Positions 14,813 to 28,022 of a DNA stretch of 64,000 bases are shown piece after piece (the stretch's first letter is position 1; the number at the start of each line of letters is the position of its first letter). The translations under genes and the position numbers were made by a program. Source of the DNA: Octopus vulgaris (taxonomy: Eukaryota). The stretch is from NCBI GenBank assembly GCA_951406725.2, contig OX597824.1, positions 50,530,001-50,594,000 of the forward strand, read 5' to 3'. Under the pieces are notes generated by a model, which saw nothing but the letters and a program-made list of their open reading frames with translations, was not told where the DNA came from and searched no databases.

Positions 14813-15989
14813 CGATATATACACACATACTTTGCTATCATCTGTCGCTTCCCGATCCTTGTCTCTCCTCTTCCCCTTTCTCTTATTTTTTTGCTTGTCA
14901 GTCTCTCATTTTCTTTGACGTCCTCTATATATCATAAGTCGATGTAATTTTTTTAATTTTGGGGGACAACTTCAAATGTTGATTCATATGTCTAACTATG
15001 CATAGGTTTCTATGAACGTTACATAAGTATCTATTTGAAAGCGTACGGCCAAATGGTTTAGTGGTGTTGCGCTCACCATCTGCAGGTTGTGGTTTCAATC
15101 CCTTGAACGGGAAAGCGAGTCGTGTACTGAGTAAGGTATATCATTTTCCGATGCTCCAGTCTCCTGGGGTTGAAAATAAATACTAGCAGTCGGCCTGTAC
15201 AGTTCTTACTTTCTTCAGCTGTAACATCTTCGATGTTCCGCTTGTTTAAGAGTAAAAGGCCGAGAAGACTGTTTGTGTTTGCTCTGCACTGCATATGCAC
15301 CTAACACAACTATCGAAACCATTGAACATGTTACCAAATCCTACTCGCTTGTACGTGGCGGCTAAACTTTATGTATCTGTTTTGTTGAGTGGATGGTTTT
15401 TGTTGTTTTAGTGTAGCACTGGATCGGTATAACTATTCTAATATAATACTATAACTATTCTAATAGGTGTTCCAGGCATGATCAACCCGTCAACTTTTAC
15501 GACATACTGTATTTAGGAACACATTGTTGTATGTGCATTTCAATGGATTTCAGTGTATGTTTAAGACGCAAGGGCGTACTTTATCGGCGATTTGGCTACC
15601 ATTTCTAACAGGCCAGGCCAGGAAGCCACATAGACCCCCCATTCAAGACGCCCATTCAACACGCGTATTTGTGTTTGTGACCGCGTATGTTTGCGTGCGC
15701 TAATGGTATACAAGCATGTGTGAGGATATTTGCATATATTCGTTAATTTGGTTATGCGTGTTTGTATGTATGTATTTGTGTGGATAAATATACTATGATT
15801 GTATGACAGTTGGTATAACTCTGTGTGTTTATGTGTGTGCACATATATAAGAAAAATCCAGAATCTTGGCAATCCGATATTGGTCAGCGTTTGCAACGAA
15901 TGATCCAAATGATAGACTATTAATAATTCTAAATTTTTGGCACAAGGCCATAAAACATAGCATAATAATGCTTTCAAGTTTTGGCACGC

Positions 15990-16181
15990 GGTCTGCAAGT
16001 TCGGGGAAGGGGCTAAATCGATTACATCGATCCCAGTGCTCAACTGTTATTTATTTTAACCACCCCGAAAGGATGAAAGGAAAAGCCGACCCCAGCGGAA
16101 TGTGAACACGGAACGTAAACACGAACGAATACTGCTAAGCATTTCGCCCGGTATGCTATCGATTCAGCCTGCTCGCCGCCT
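15990..16181 (-). mobile_element. tRNA-derived SINE with Nin-like domain
   Basis: Minus strand AAGGCGGCGAGCAGGCTGAATCG...GCCTTTCATCCTTTCGGGG-like core. Same family as 41557-41773. Confidence 0.65.
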
Positions 16182-16302
16182 TATGATAGAGTATTAACAG
16201 AAGTAAATATAATTAAGTTGTTGTAAAGTATAATTATAGGTGTTTCGTTAATAAAGGGGAGAGAAAGAACTGGAAAAAATCAGTATGTTGTCCTTGAAAG
16301 AT

Positions 16303-19300
16303 TTATCATACTATAATGGGAGTAATGTCCGTCTATCTCTCTGTACCTTCCTGACGGTCAAACGGCTGGACCAATGGTCACGATGTTTTTCGGGATTATG
16401 AAAGAGATAATCATGTAGGTTTTTAGTGAAAAAAATGTGAAAGAGTATGATCATTTAGTGGATATTGAAGGTAATTTTTCAGTCTACGGGCGTACACAAA
16501 GTAAATAAGGATTAAGGGAAGTTAACCCGTAATAAAAGAAGCGAAGGGAAGTAAATCAACTTACTTCTCCACTGAATTACGCCAAAAGTTTTATTAAGGA
16601 ATGATTGTGATGGCTTTGGCTCATCTTTAATCTGTGTATGACTACTATGAACTTCGTCAATAACGATTGTATGCATAAAGTTGTGTAATGTTTTATTACA
16701 TTTTCTTTCGTTCTACGCCATTATGACCTGGAAACGGAAATCAGGAATTGGTAGGACTACCAGGAAAGCTGCCGCTATAAAAAGTAAGAGACAATCTAAC
16801 AGTGAATACAGACAAGCCCAGCAGAATATGGATACGGAAGCTCATAGAATTCGTCGTGATACAGAAGTGAGAGAGTCGGAACAGAGCAGGAATACGCTAG
16901 CTCGCAAAAGAACACGCAAAAATCCCCAAGTGAGAGCTTCGGAACAGATAAGGAATACTCTAGCTCGCCGAAAATTAAGACAAGTGCAAGTACAAGTGGA
17001 AAATAATGCTTTGGTAAGCATTTCCCTCGCTGAATATGACGATGAACGGATTACAGATTACAATTTGATCGCGACTTGGGAAAACGTTATCGAAAGTAAC
17101 ATTCCGTTATCATATCGTTCTCATATTCTTATTCAAAACATTGGCCAGCAGAACCATTTTCCCTCTGTTGCGAATGATAACACATTTCATAACAAATATT
17201 CGAGCGTATAATAACACATTCATGTTTGTGTCCATTGGTTGTGTTGTTGATACCTCGATAACTGGATTTAATCCCACATTTAAAATCCAAGGCAAAGTGT
17301 ATCATGCCATTGGAAGTTTAATGTCAGATACCAATCAACCGCTATCATTCGCACAGCTGTACTTCTTTGATGCACACTATGAGATCAAAAATAGGATGAA
17401 ACATATGAATGATCTGCAGGCGGATATATAAGGTTATATTCGGCAAGTAAATCCATACATAGCATCATTTTAAGCTGCTATAGAATTTTCTGCAACTGAG
17501 GGCATTTCAAACCACTACCACCACCACTGCAGTCTAAGATTTTACAGCAAGGTATTCCAAAACGCCATGGCAATAGTGAGAACAATGGGAAAGTCAGATT
17601 ACTTCATCACATTTGCCACAAATCCAAAATGGACGGAGATACAGACTGCCCTATTTCCAGGAGATCATGCACAGGACCAACCTGATATTGCCTGTCGAGT
17701 ATTCAAAATCAAGCTTGACGCACTTCTCCATGATCTACTGAAAAAACACGTTCTGGGAAAAGTCGTCGCCTATACACTAACTATTAAATAGCAAAAACCT
17801 GGCCTTACACATGCACATATACTGCTTATCATGGTTATTCGTCATAAACCGACTGTTCCAAAAATCATAGACTAAGTAGTTAGTGCCGAAACACCTGACA
17901 AATACCGAAACCCAGAGCTATTCAACTCAGTAATGGCACATAATATTCATGGTCCATGCGGTGCTATCAACCCCGAAGTCCGTGTATGGAAACCAAGAGA
18001 GACTGAGCTCGATGTACTAAGGATTTTCCGAAACCCTTCCGTCAGCTATATTCCGAGAGATAGCTACTCGACATATCGCAGAAGTCCAGCATACGGTGGA
18101 AGAACCAATAAAATTTACGTTAAGGTTCAGACAGAGTTTGTGGTGAGTTTTTTCTTCAACTTACACCGATGAATTTCTTAGTGACATACACTGACTGTTT
18201 ACTTACGTTTAATATCTTCTTTACAAGGCGACAATTCTTGGATAGTGCCATACAGTCCATATCTGACAATAAAATACAACTCCCACATCAACGTCGAGGT
18301 CGTACACTCCGTCCAAGCAGTGAAGTACTTATACATATACATTGCAAAAGGACAAGATCGAATCATCTTCTGAGCATCGGAAACAGGACATCTGATTCCC
18401 GTATTAAACGAAATATAAAACTTTCTAAACGCTCGATACATCTCTGCAAGTGAAGCATTCTGAAAGTTATATGGATTTTTCATACACCAAAAGCATCCTA
18501 CAGTCGAAAAGCTACCCTGTCATTTACCTCATGAGCAGGCTGTACGATTCAACTCGACTTCTGTCGCTGCGGCTGTGGAACGCGGACCACTGATAACTAA
18601 CTGACAGCCTATTTTCAAACAAACAAACACGACGAAAAAGCCCGACAGATTTTATACCAAGATTTTCCTAAATATTACACCTGAAACAATAAAACCAAGT
18701 CGTGGCAAAAACGAAAACAAGATACAACAGATGATAGTGGTGACGTCAAAACTGATATTATCGGACGAATCCCAACCATATCATATAGTGCTCATTAGTT
18801 AGAACTGTTTCACCTTCGGATACTCCTTCACCACAAGGTGCAACTAGCTTTGATGAATTGAAGCCCGTGAACGGAAATGTATGTTCAACATTTCAGGAGG
18901 CATGCATGAAAAATTGGACTGATATCGGACGACCAAGAAATACACCCTGCAATGGAGGAAGCAGCTAGTATTCGCTTCGGAGATCCCTGCGCGACTTCTT
19001 CACCATCGTGTTAATTTACTGACGGCCACCTGACCCGATAAACTTTTGGGAAGAGTGGAAAACTGAACTAGGACAAAATCTCATGCAAAGAAACAACATA
19101 AAAGACCTTACCCCTCGTATTGAAAATGAAATATTGATTCGTCTGCAGGAGCGTCTGCAAAAGGATGAACTTGACATCGTTCGAGATTTCCAGGTGACGA
19201 AACCGGTCAACTGATGTCAAAAGTTATCGCAGAAGAATGTAACTATGACATAGAGTGTCTTCGAGTAGTGTCTACTGACGTCTACGATACTCTAAATACT

Positions 19301-20400
19301 GACTAAAAGCACAACTTTGATATGGTTGTAATATCAGTTTTACAACAACTGGAAAAGGTTTTCACCTTGAGTGCGAGTGGTGGAACTGGCAAAACATATC
19401 TTATGAATACCATCATAGATTTTCTACGTTTGGAGAAAAAAATCATACTCGCCATAGCCTTATCTGGTATTGCAGCAACATTGCTGAACAATGACTGGAC
19501 ACATTATTCTCGGTTCAGTGTCCATAAACATAACACCAGAGTCCTGCTGCTATGTATCATCTCAGGATGCAGCTGCACAACTTTTCAGAATGACCAGTCT
19601 AATAATTGACGATGAAGTTACTGGAGTCCGTTGCTCTACTCATAGCGACGTATAACTGGCTGTGTGTAAACATTGGAGTGGGTAAAAATACACCTACACG
19701 ATCTAAAGTCTGGCCCTGTACCTTGTTTGCTGTGAATGAGAATTCCAGTTTTATAGGAAATTGCCTGCTTTTAAATTGGAACGGGAACTGGTTATCGGTT
19801 GGTAAAAGGGGTGTCCACGGAATGAACAGGCGTTTACCATTGTGGGGGGCCAGTTGCAATCGCTGCTTCGATAACATTGGAATTTAGTTCTGCTACCGTG
19901 TATCATGTTCAATTGCAGTGTCCGTTGGTTGGATCAAAATTCCTATGGAGTATTATCGGACAGTTCTTTTTCAATTTGATTTTATAGAGTGGCAATTCCG
20001 ATGTATTTAAGTTGTTCAAGAAATCCTGTGGGTACTGGTGGTAGTTTTCGTCATCTATTGTATCCGAACTACAGCACTCTCAACTTTCCCCAGGGAAGTT
20101 GCTAATCATATGCTCATTCACACTGTTTGCCACTTCATTGGTTGAGGCGATGACAGCTCGCGAACACAGCCATGATGCGATTCTGTAGCTTTTCACTTAA
20201 ATCATTAAAGACGAATTTGCATATTTCGGAATTAGATGACGTTTCGAGTACAAAATCTGGCCTAATTTGAATCATTGTCCGGAACCGATGTTGCTTATAT
20301 AGGTCGCGAAAGTTGCACCAGAAGAATTTCGTACCTTCATGTTTTTCTTTAAACTCAACTCAACTCCGTCACAGACCACCCTCATTTTAAGCCTCCATCG
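16303..20400 (+). mobile_element. Degenerate autonomous-type Helitron (Rep/Pif1 helicase pseudogene) with inverted C-terminal helicase block
   Basis: Plus strand: GKSDYFITFATNPKWTEI; IK*QKPGLTHAHILL (Rep motif 2, HUH); HGPCG; KYLYIYIAKGQD (motif 3); ASGGTGKTYL (Walker A); LIIDDEV (Walker B). Minus strand 19620-20395: LKKNMKVR..NIGSG, RQFPIKLEFSFTANKVQGQTLDRVG, FTHSQLYVAMSR. Many stops and frameshifts. Confidence 0.92.
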
Positions 20401-20857
20401 TAGATGGGTAGATTTGCTAGTAATAATAACAGATGAAGAAAGTAGATTGGTATATATCCGGTCTCTAATGTGGAGATGGATGGTGGACAGAAATCTCGTA
20501 AAAGCGTACATGCGACGCAAATAGTATCTGTGTTTGTGTTTGGTTGTGTGTGTGTGCCTTATGTGAGTGTATATGTTCGAGAGTACAACAGTGTGTATGT
20601 GTGAGTTGTGAGTGAGCAGGAGGACCGGTTTGTGTGATGGAGTGCGCATCCGTATGAACTAAAAGGATTAAATGAGATGGAGGAATAAGAGAAAATGTAA
20701 TCGGTTGTTAATATCACTCGGAGAGAACATACCCGTTTGAAAAATAAGTCATTCTGCTTGAAGTATCTTAGAGGAAAAAGAATTATGGTGTTTAACCGAA
20801 GGCAAGAAACTGTCAGAAATCGTCCTTGGAGTTGATATTACGAGTCACAGGTTGACG

Positions 20858-21013
20858 CAGTGACGTAGCTAGAACGTCTGCTGCCCGGGGTAGCTCCTGG
20901 GTTTGCTCTACCCACCCAGACCCCAAGCCTATGAATGTCAAAAAATGCTGCCCCCATAAAAGCGTTGCCTGGGGCGGACCACCCCGACGCATTTTCTCCT
21001 AGCTACACTACTG
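20858..21013. mobile_element. hAT-like MITE
   Basis: TIRs CAGTGACGTAGCTAG / CTAGCTACACTACTG, with a degenerate 8-bp flank pair GGTTGACG/AGTTTACA. Confidence 0.6.
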
Positions 21014-21039
21014 AGTTTACAGTTTCTAGAAGTGTTGTG

Positions 21040-22485
21040 ACAGCAAACATATGGTCTCTGAAAAGATTTGCTTAATATTAACCAATTTCACAAAGACACA
21101 AAGCACCACCATTTGATGCAATTTATCATAGGCGCTATGCGCAGAAGTAAAATGATTAGAAGCTTAGGAGAGTTGTAGTGTTAAAAGGAGTGTTGTAGTG
21201 TTAAAAATTAAGTGACAGAAGTTACAACAGGAATGGGAGCTGATGGACTTTCCGGATTAGATGTACCTAGAGGTGATGAAGTTTGTGATCAGAAGACTGC
21301 GTAGGTTACGGTCGTGTCTGAAAGAGTGAACATATGTTTCTCATTATAATCATACTTATATTCTTAAATTTCCTAGATGTGTTTTAATATATTCTGTGTT
21401 GTTTTGACGTCTTGAGATTTGGATATTTACGGGTAGATATGCTACACAATGAACTTGGTTTATAGTTTCAGACTCCGAGACACAAACGAAAAGTTTTTTT
21501 GATAAGTGATGTGTGCAGCTCGAATCCTATTCCTACATCTTTCTCGGAATTACATTGTGTAGAGAGGATGCTTCTGAGGTATGGAAACTGGTCTATACGT
21601 TTCAATGGTTTCATGGAAATAGTGACGTTGAAATCTAGAAGGATTTAATTTGGAATACGCTGTGAAAGTATTTTGTGTTTTCTAGATAATAATTTCCAGA
21701 TCGAAGTGATCATTGGCATAAGTCATTGACCAATTTCTTCATTTCTTCGTTTGAGTGAGTTGGCGAGACATTGTCATCAGTGTACAACAGTTCTTTGACA
21801 CGTGTGTTGTTGGTCAGTTTTATGATTGCAGTCTACATAGATTGCAGAGTTCATTATCGAAGCACTACTTGATCCTTACACCACCGTTGTTTAGTAAGAT
21901 TTCGTAGAGCATGGTTGCAAGGTACATATAGAACAAGGTTGGAGCAAGTATACATCCTTGTTGCTGGTGATCTTGCTATTAAGAAGTATCCAGATGAGTG
22001 CCATAAAACAATCAGGGCAACCGAATTGCTTCAGGACCATTCACATTGTTGTGCATGATACGGGTGCATGATACCTATTTGAGATCATAGAATATCAGCA
22101 AGGAAGGTTTCTTTTGTTCTCTAACTTTTCTCTGTACAAGATATCATGTCGATTAATTCTCTAGGAATTCAAAACCCATACTATGAGCCCAGCAACACTT
22201 TCTCCGAGATTATAAGGAAAAGGTTAAGCAGTACTCTGACAGATTTACCCAAGGATGGAGGGGAGGAATATGTCACTGTGATTTCTATAAAGGCTGCTGT
22301 CTTCTTTTTTAAAGATTGTAATGCTGAGAGCATTCTTTAGATCTGCAGATACTATTTGGGTTTCTCACATTTTCAGAATGAGGTTGAATATCCTTTATTC
22401 TGAAAGGTTGGTAAAAATTTTGGATGAGTACCTGATGAATGTTGTCGGGACCAGATGACTTCTTTGGTTTCATCTGTTATGTATT
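21040..22485 (-). mobile_element. Degenerate RTE-clade LINE reverse transcriptase fragment
   Basis: Minus-strand remnants KSSGPDNI (~22450), QQGCILAPTLFYMYL (~21940) and VKELLYTDD (~21785; YADD box). Confidence 0.75.
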
Positions 22486-22493
22486 TATAGAAC

Positions 22494-22739
22494 AATGAAA
22501 AGAGAAATGAAGTAAGCTTCTAAAAATGAAGAAATGAAAGTTACAAACTTTTCTATATTTCGGGCGCAAAGGCCCATCTTCAGAAGAGCACGGTCAAAGA
22601 AATGTGTGCCTGCGTAAATCCTGCCATTTGGATAACCGGTTGCCCACTTCTGGAGATGGGCCATTGCACCCAAAATGTTTAAACATTTTCCAACTTTCAT
22701 CCTGCATTTTTAGAGGCTTTCTTCATTTCCCTTTTCATT
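22494..22739. mobile_element. Fold-back element with an HHR on the minus strand (22548-22586)
   Basis: Outer ~50-bp inverted repeat plus inner inverted repeat 22555-22586/22647-22678. Minus strand reads CUU CUGAAGA U GGGC cuuugc GCCC GAAA UA UA GAA. Confidence 0.65.
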
Positions 22740-23158
22740 TCTACTTCTACTTCTGTACTACACTGATTTAAGAGCGAACTACAACGCTAAGCACGCATAT
22801 ACATGTGTATGTATGTTAGTGTATCTTAATAAACCAACCGTAACTAAGACAATTGAAATTCAAACGTGCCAGCCAATCGTATCGAGCTTTCTATCTTAAA
22901 TTATTTGCAAACCTGCTAATAAATATCTGATTTGTATGCGTTTATACGCATGTACACTTCTGGATTTTTCTATGACGTAAATCAATATTTTTCATTTTAT
23001 ATGTGTTTGTTGAGCTATAATGTATTGTATTGTATTGAGTTATTATTATTATTATCATTATGTTATTATATCACTATATTATGCTGTTGATGTATTCTAT
23101 GGGATATTTTCCATCTAATATGTATTGTGAATGGCGTGATGCACATATTCTTTTACTG

Positions 23159-23214
<56 letters not shown>

Positions 23215-23223
23215 AATAATAAT

Positions 23224-23263
<40 letters not shown>

Positions 23264-23542
23264 TTAATGGCATTTTGTAACTTAATACAATGAACTCTGG
23301 ACTTTGTATATGTACACTTTCATGTGGATATGTGTATGTTTGTATATTCTAATATATTGATTTGACTAACTGTAACCTTATATGTATGTATATTATTATA
23401 TATTATTATGTATATACTTATATATATATAGGTGCATGTGTATATACACTTATATGCATGTGTATATTATATATTATGTATATGTACTCATTCTTGTATA
23501 GGTGTACCTTCTCTTATATTCATATTTGGATTGTACTTTATA

Positions 23543-23669
23543 ATCTCCGAAGAGGCCTTGGGATATATATGTAAGTGTCTCATTTATAACCACATATTAA
23601 CTTATCACACCTGGCTAATATGAGCATAATGAGATACTCATATCTACATGGCTGAAACAGCCGTAAGAT
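23543..23669 (+). ncRNA. Type I hammerhead with ~90-nt loop II insertion
   Basis: AUCU CCGAAGA GGCC...GGCU GAAA CAGCCG UA AGAU; stem I AUCU/AGAU. Host element ~23430-24047 lies between TA tracts. Confidence 0.6.
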
Positions 23670-24047
23670 GTAGTTTATATTTATATCTATATTTATTTAT
23701 ATTCATTTATACGTATTGTACTTATTGTATCATATTACTCATTGATGTGCACTGTTTTGTTCTGTATTATTGTGTTTGACCTTGATGTTCATATGTAGTT
23801 GGTTAATAAATTATGTGAATGGGTATTATCTGGTAGTTAATGATTGATTAAGGCGTATTCCTCCATTTTCTTATTTTGTATTATAAATTTGTGGTAAAAC
23901 ATTTTACCTTCGTCCATATAATACAATAAATGAATTAATTGCATCGCAATTCTTAACATTTATGTATTAACTTTGTTGGGTGCTTCACTGCCAGTATATT
24001 GGATATATGTTATCCCATGGTGGGTTGTACTCACAACCCCTATCTCA

Positions 24048-24167
<120 letters not shown>

Positions 24168-24191
24168 ATGTATGTATATGTGTATGCAATA

Positions 24192-24698
24192 GACAAAATG
24201 AGATAACAAAGCCAAGGCTGTGAGGAGTTTTCAGGACATTTATAAGGAAAAATATATAAATATAGTTTTACATCTGTTTCTAGTATATTATGGATATCCC
24301 TTCATCAGAGACGATGTGAGATGGTTAAATAAAGGTAAATATTTGAGATCGAAATAAGGAATTATTATGGAAAAGGAGGCGATAGGTAATATAGAGAGAA
24401 ATAAGAGAATAAAAGTAGAAATAAAAATATATAAAAATATTGTTGTTGCAACTTCCCTCGTCAACAAAAATATTACTAGATCTTTAATAGATCTACCCTG
24501 AAGCTATCCTATTCCACCCCAACCAACTTCGAGTCTATCATAGCAGCCTCTAATAAACAAAGGCTTTCTCTCAACTATCAAACCTCACATCGTAACAACT
24601 CTGAATACTAGAAACAGCTGTAAGACTACATCTATATCTTTTTTCTTGTAAATATCCTGAAAACACTTCACAGCCTTAGCTTTGTTATCTCATTTTGT

Positions 24699-24699
<1 letters not shown>
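24192..24699. mobile_element. ~510-bp element with ~95-bp terminal inverted repeats and an HHR-like motif (24263-24312, minus)
   Basis: 24192-24286 is the reverse complement of 24605-24699. Minus strand: GUCU CUGAUGA AGGGAUA...UACUA GAAA CAGAUG UA. The right arm retains GAAA CAGCUG UA AGAC. Confidence 0.65.
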
Positions 24700-24736
<37 letters not shown>

Positions 24737-24866
24737 TGCTTATACAAGACCCACATTAGACTCCATTCGTATCATTATTGAACCAAGAGTTTATCTACGG
24801 TCAGTCCATAGCACTTACTTAGCGTTACCTGCCACTCTTAGGTTCTTCTAGATACCTATACCACTC

Positions 24867-24898
<32 letters not shown>

Positions 24899-25593
24899 TA
24901 TATATGAGTGTGTGAGAGTGTGTGTATACGTGTGTGTGTGTATATATGTATACATATATTATATATATGTGTGTATATTGTATACGTTATATAGTAAAAA
25001 CACACACACACATACACACACACGCGCGCGCGCATGTACGCATATTACGTTTGATTTTTGTGATGTAAACCTTTTCGCAATTTCTGTTGTTTCTTTGTTT
25101 TTCTTCTCATAAGAATCACTTCATTCTCTGCTTAATGCTTGTTAATATTGGTTAGATTTTGCAGCTATTTTCATTACTTTTTCCTCGTTCTTTCTACAAA
25201 CTTTTATAATCTTACAGTGGATGTTTATTGCGCTTTTCGAATTCCATTAGGCGTTCTGTATTTTTGCATCAGCTTTTGGGTGGTGTATTCTAAGTGTGGT
25301 GATTGTTTTCCTTTTCACAACTCAAACTTTGTTACTACTAACTTTAACTTTATTCACTTTTCTTTCAGATTTATGTCTGAAACATCAGCATTATGTAAGC
25401 TTCCCCCGCGAAGATATATCTTTGCAAACGTTTTGAAAAATATATTTTTATAAGAATTATAAGGAAAGAAATTTGGGGAGGAGAGTGATGAAAAACTCCA
25501 AAAAAATTATCTTAATATCATCAAAATAATAGTAATATACAACATGTAGACTGCAAAATTTCATTCCAAAATATCCATTTTTAGGAAAGTTAT

Positions 25594-25693
25594 NNNNNNN
25601 NNNNNNNNNNNNNNNNNNNNNNNNNNNNNNNNNNNNNNNNNNNNNNNNNNNNNNNNNNNNNNNNNNNNNNNNNNNNNNNNNNNNNNNNNNNNN
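25594..25693. other. Assembly gap (100 N)
   Basis: Run of N. Confidence 1.
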
Positions 25694-25745
25694 CAGGAAA
25701 CAAATTCGGTGGGACACCAAACTTTTATATGCGTGTTACACCATT

Positions 25746-25810
25746 CTAGCTCATCAGATCATCAGAACATCAGGATAACACTATGATGTTCTGGTGATCT
25801 GATGAGCTAG
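25746..25810. other. Near-perfect 27-bp hairpin (pre-miRNA-sized)
   Basis: CTAGCTCATCAGATCATCAGAACATCA, an 11-nt loop, then TGATGTTCTGGTGATCTGATGAGCTAG. One G:U on the plus strand. Confidence 0.8.
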
Positions 25811-26127
25811 CATTCTTTATCTGTACTGATTTGTAAATTTACAATTGTAATGTATAATGGATAGCATGCATATTAGGGAAGACATGTAAACATAATTTAT
25901 TCCGTTTTGCTAAGAAAGACAAGTTGTTAAAAAGATATATTCACTTCTCATATATTCTTATTCTTATTGTTTATATACTCTTATTGGAATAATTTCATTG
26001 ATTAGATGCCATAAATTTGAGCTGCATGGACCTCTACATTATACTCCTCCGTATTCGATTACTATGTGGTTGGCTAGCCGGGTCCGATGGAGGAAGTTTA
26101 GTGTTAGTCACATAATTCTATCAAGCC

Positions 26128-26166
<39 letters not shown>

Positions 26167-27679
26167 CACACACACACAAACACACATACACACACACCAC
26201 ACACACACAAACAAACAGACACACGCACACAAACACACACACACGCACACACATACACACATGTATATATATATATATATATATACTTCTAATATTACTA
26301 TAAAATTTTATTTAAAAAATTTATCAGTGACGGTCAGCAGCATATGAAAAATACTTTTTAACGTGAAAATTATAAATACAATTATATATAATGGCAAAGA
26401 AATTTCTTTATTTCCCCTTATTTATAATTGTGTATATCTATATATATATATATATATATATCGAAACAGAGTAATGATCAAAAATAAACGTGGAATTTTG
26501 AAGTAGTTCTGGTATTCTACACCTGTAGTGTAAATAATAATATCTGTGTTTCGTGAAGATTAATTAACAGGCTTAAATACCATTTCATAGCATATATTAC
26601 AAACAATAGAACAGCCTGCTTTAAAATTTCGGCGGTTTCGGAACAATTCTATGTGTTCCATGGGTAACATTAGACGATATGGATGTGACGGGGGAGTAAG
26701 TGTTACGTGATTTAAGAGTAGTTGTTATATTGTCTTAGCTTGAAAAAATTTTCAATTATTGAATTCTAATCAAGAAAAGGAGCAAAAAATAACACCAGTA
26801 AACATACTATTTTTTCTCTTTCTTTCTTTCTCTCTTTCTTTCTTTCTTTCTATGTTCTTCTCTTCATTTAAAGGAATTACGGTTTTCTTAACAATAAACA
26901 ATTCTAAGTAGTTTGTATTACCATCTCTGAAGAAGGACATCGCTTTTAGAATGCTTGGACCATGTTATAAAGTGAAATGAATGTCACTCAAGCGTATGTG
27001 TGAAACTTTATTCAATTAATTGTTTCATAAAACTACACAATGGAAGAAACTAAGCAAGAAAAGCAGCAAATATTAGCATAGTAAAGGAAAAGAAGCCAAA
27101 GAGAACGGCAAAATTGATAAAAAAAAAAGTTAAATTATAATTAATGGATGTATGCCATATATGAGACGGAGACGAAGGATATGTCTATACCAGCGCATAA
27201 GACGGATAGCTACGAGGTGGGAGGTTGTGGAATGATGCATGCACGCTCGCAGTTCTTTGCTGGAAACGTGATGCTATATGATGCTCTCGGAGGTTCTCAG
27301 AGCTCTGCTATCGAAACCACCGATCGAAAGGTTTGACGTTACCTTGGAGGATGCAGAAAGGTTGGCACAGGACCGCCAGTGATGGCTATCACTGGTAAAC
27401 TTGGTCAGCTCTACGCATGATGATGCCTCTGGTACCACTGACCTAGGTTGACGCCCAACCAAGTCAAGCAAGAGTATGAATCAAAGCAAGCATGCTACAT
27501 TTACTGATGTTATCGATAATGGTAGAAATATACTTTCACAATTACTTGTCATATGACAAGAAAAACCCTAGTTTTAACTATGACTCTCACAGCTGCAGTA
27601 GTGATAGCTGCAATCTACTTTCTGCTTTTAGCTCTGTCGTTTCTGCTGATCCAATATATTTTATCTTTTATCTTCTCCT

Positions 27680-28022
27680 TGCTTTTGTCATTAGACTGAA
27701 GCCACGCTAGAGTACCGCCTTCAATTTTGATCGAACGAATCCACCCCAGTGCTTATTTTCTTTCAAACCTGGTACTTAGTCTCTTGATCACTTGTCGAAC
27801 CATTAGCTTACAAGGGCCTAAACACACCAACACCGGTTGTCACCGGTTGTCATATATATGGGACGGGATTCCTTCAGTTTCCGTCTACCAAATCCACTCA
27901 CAAGACTTTGGTCGGCCCATGGCTATAGTAGAAGGCACTTACCTAAGGTGCTACGCAGTATTACTGAACCCAGAACCATGTGGTTGAGAAGCAAGCTTAC
28001 CACACAGTCAGGCCTGCGCCTA
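27680..28022 (-). mobile_element. Octopus-type SINE
   Basis: cttcagtttccgtctaccaaatccactcacaag...cttaccacacagtc; homologous to 45840-46300. Confidence 0.7.

Noticed and set aside
26620-27010. GGAAC/GTTCC hairpin with GAAA (minus) and CTGAAGAAGGACAT (plus)
   Set aside because: Each has only one half of the hammerhead core.
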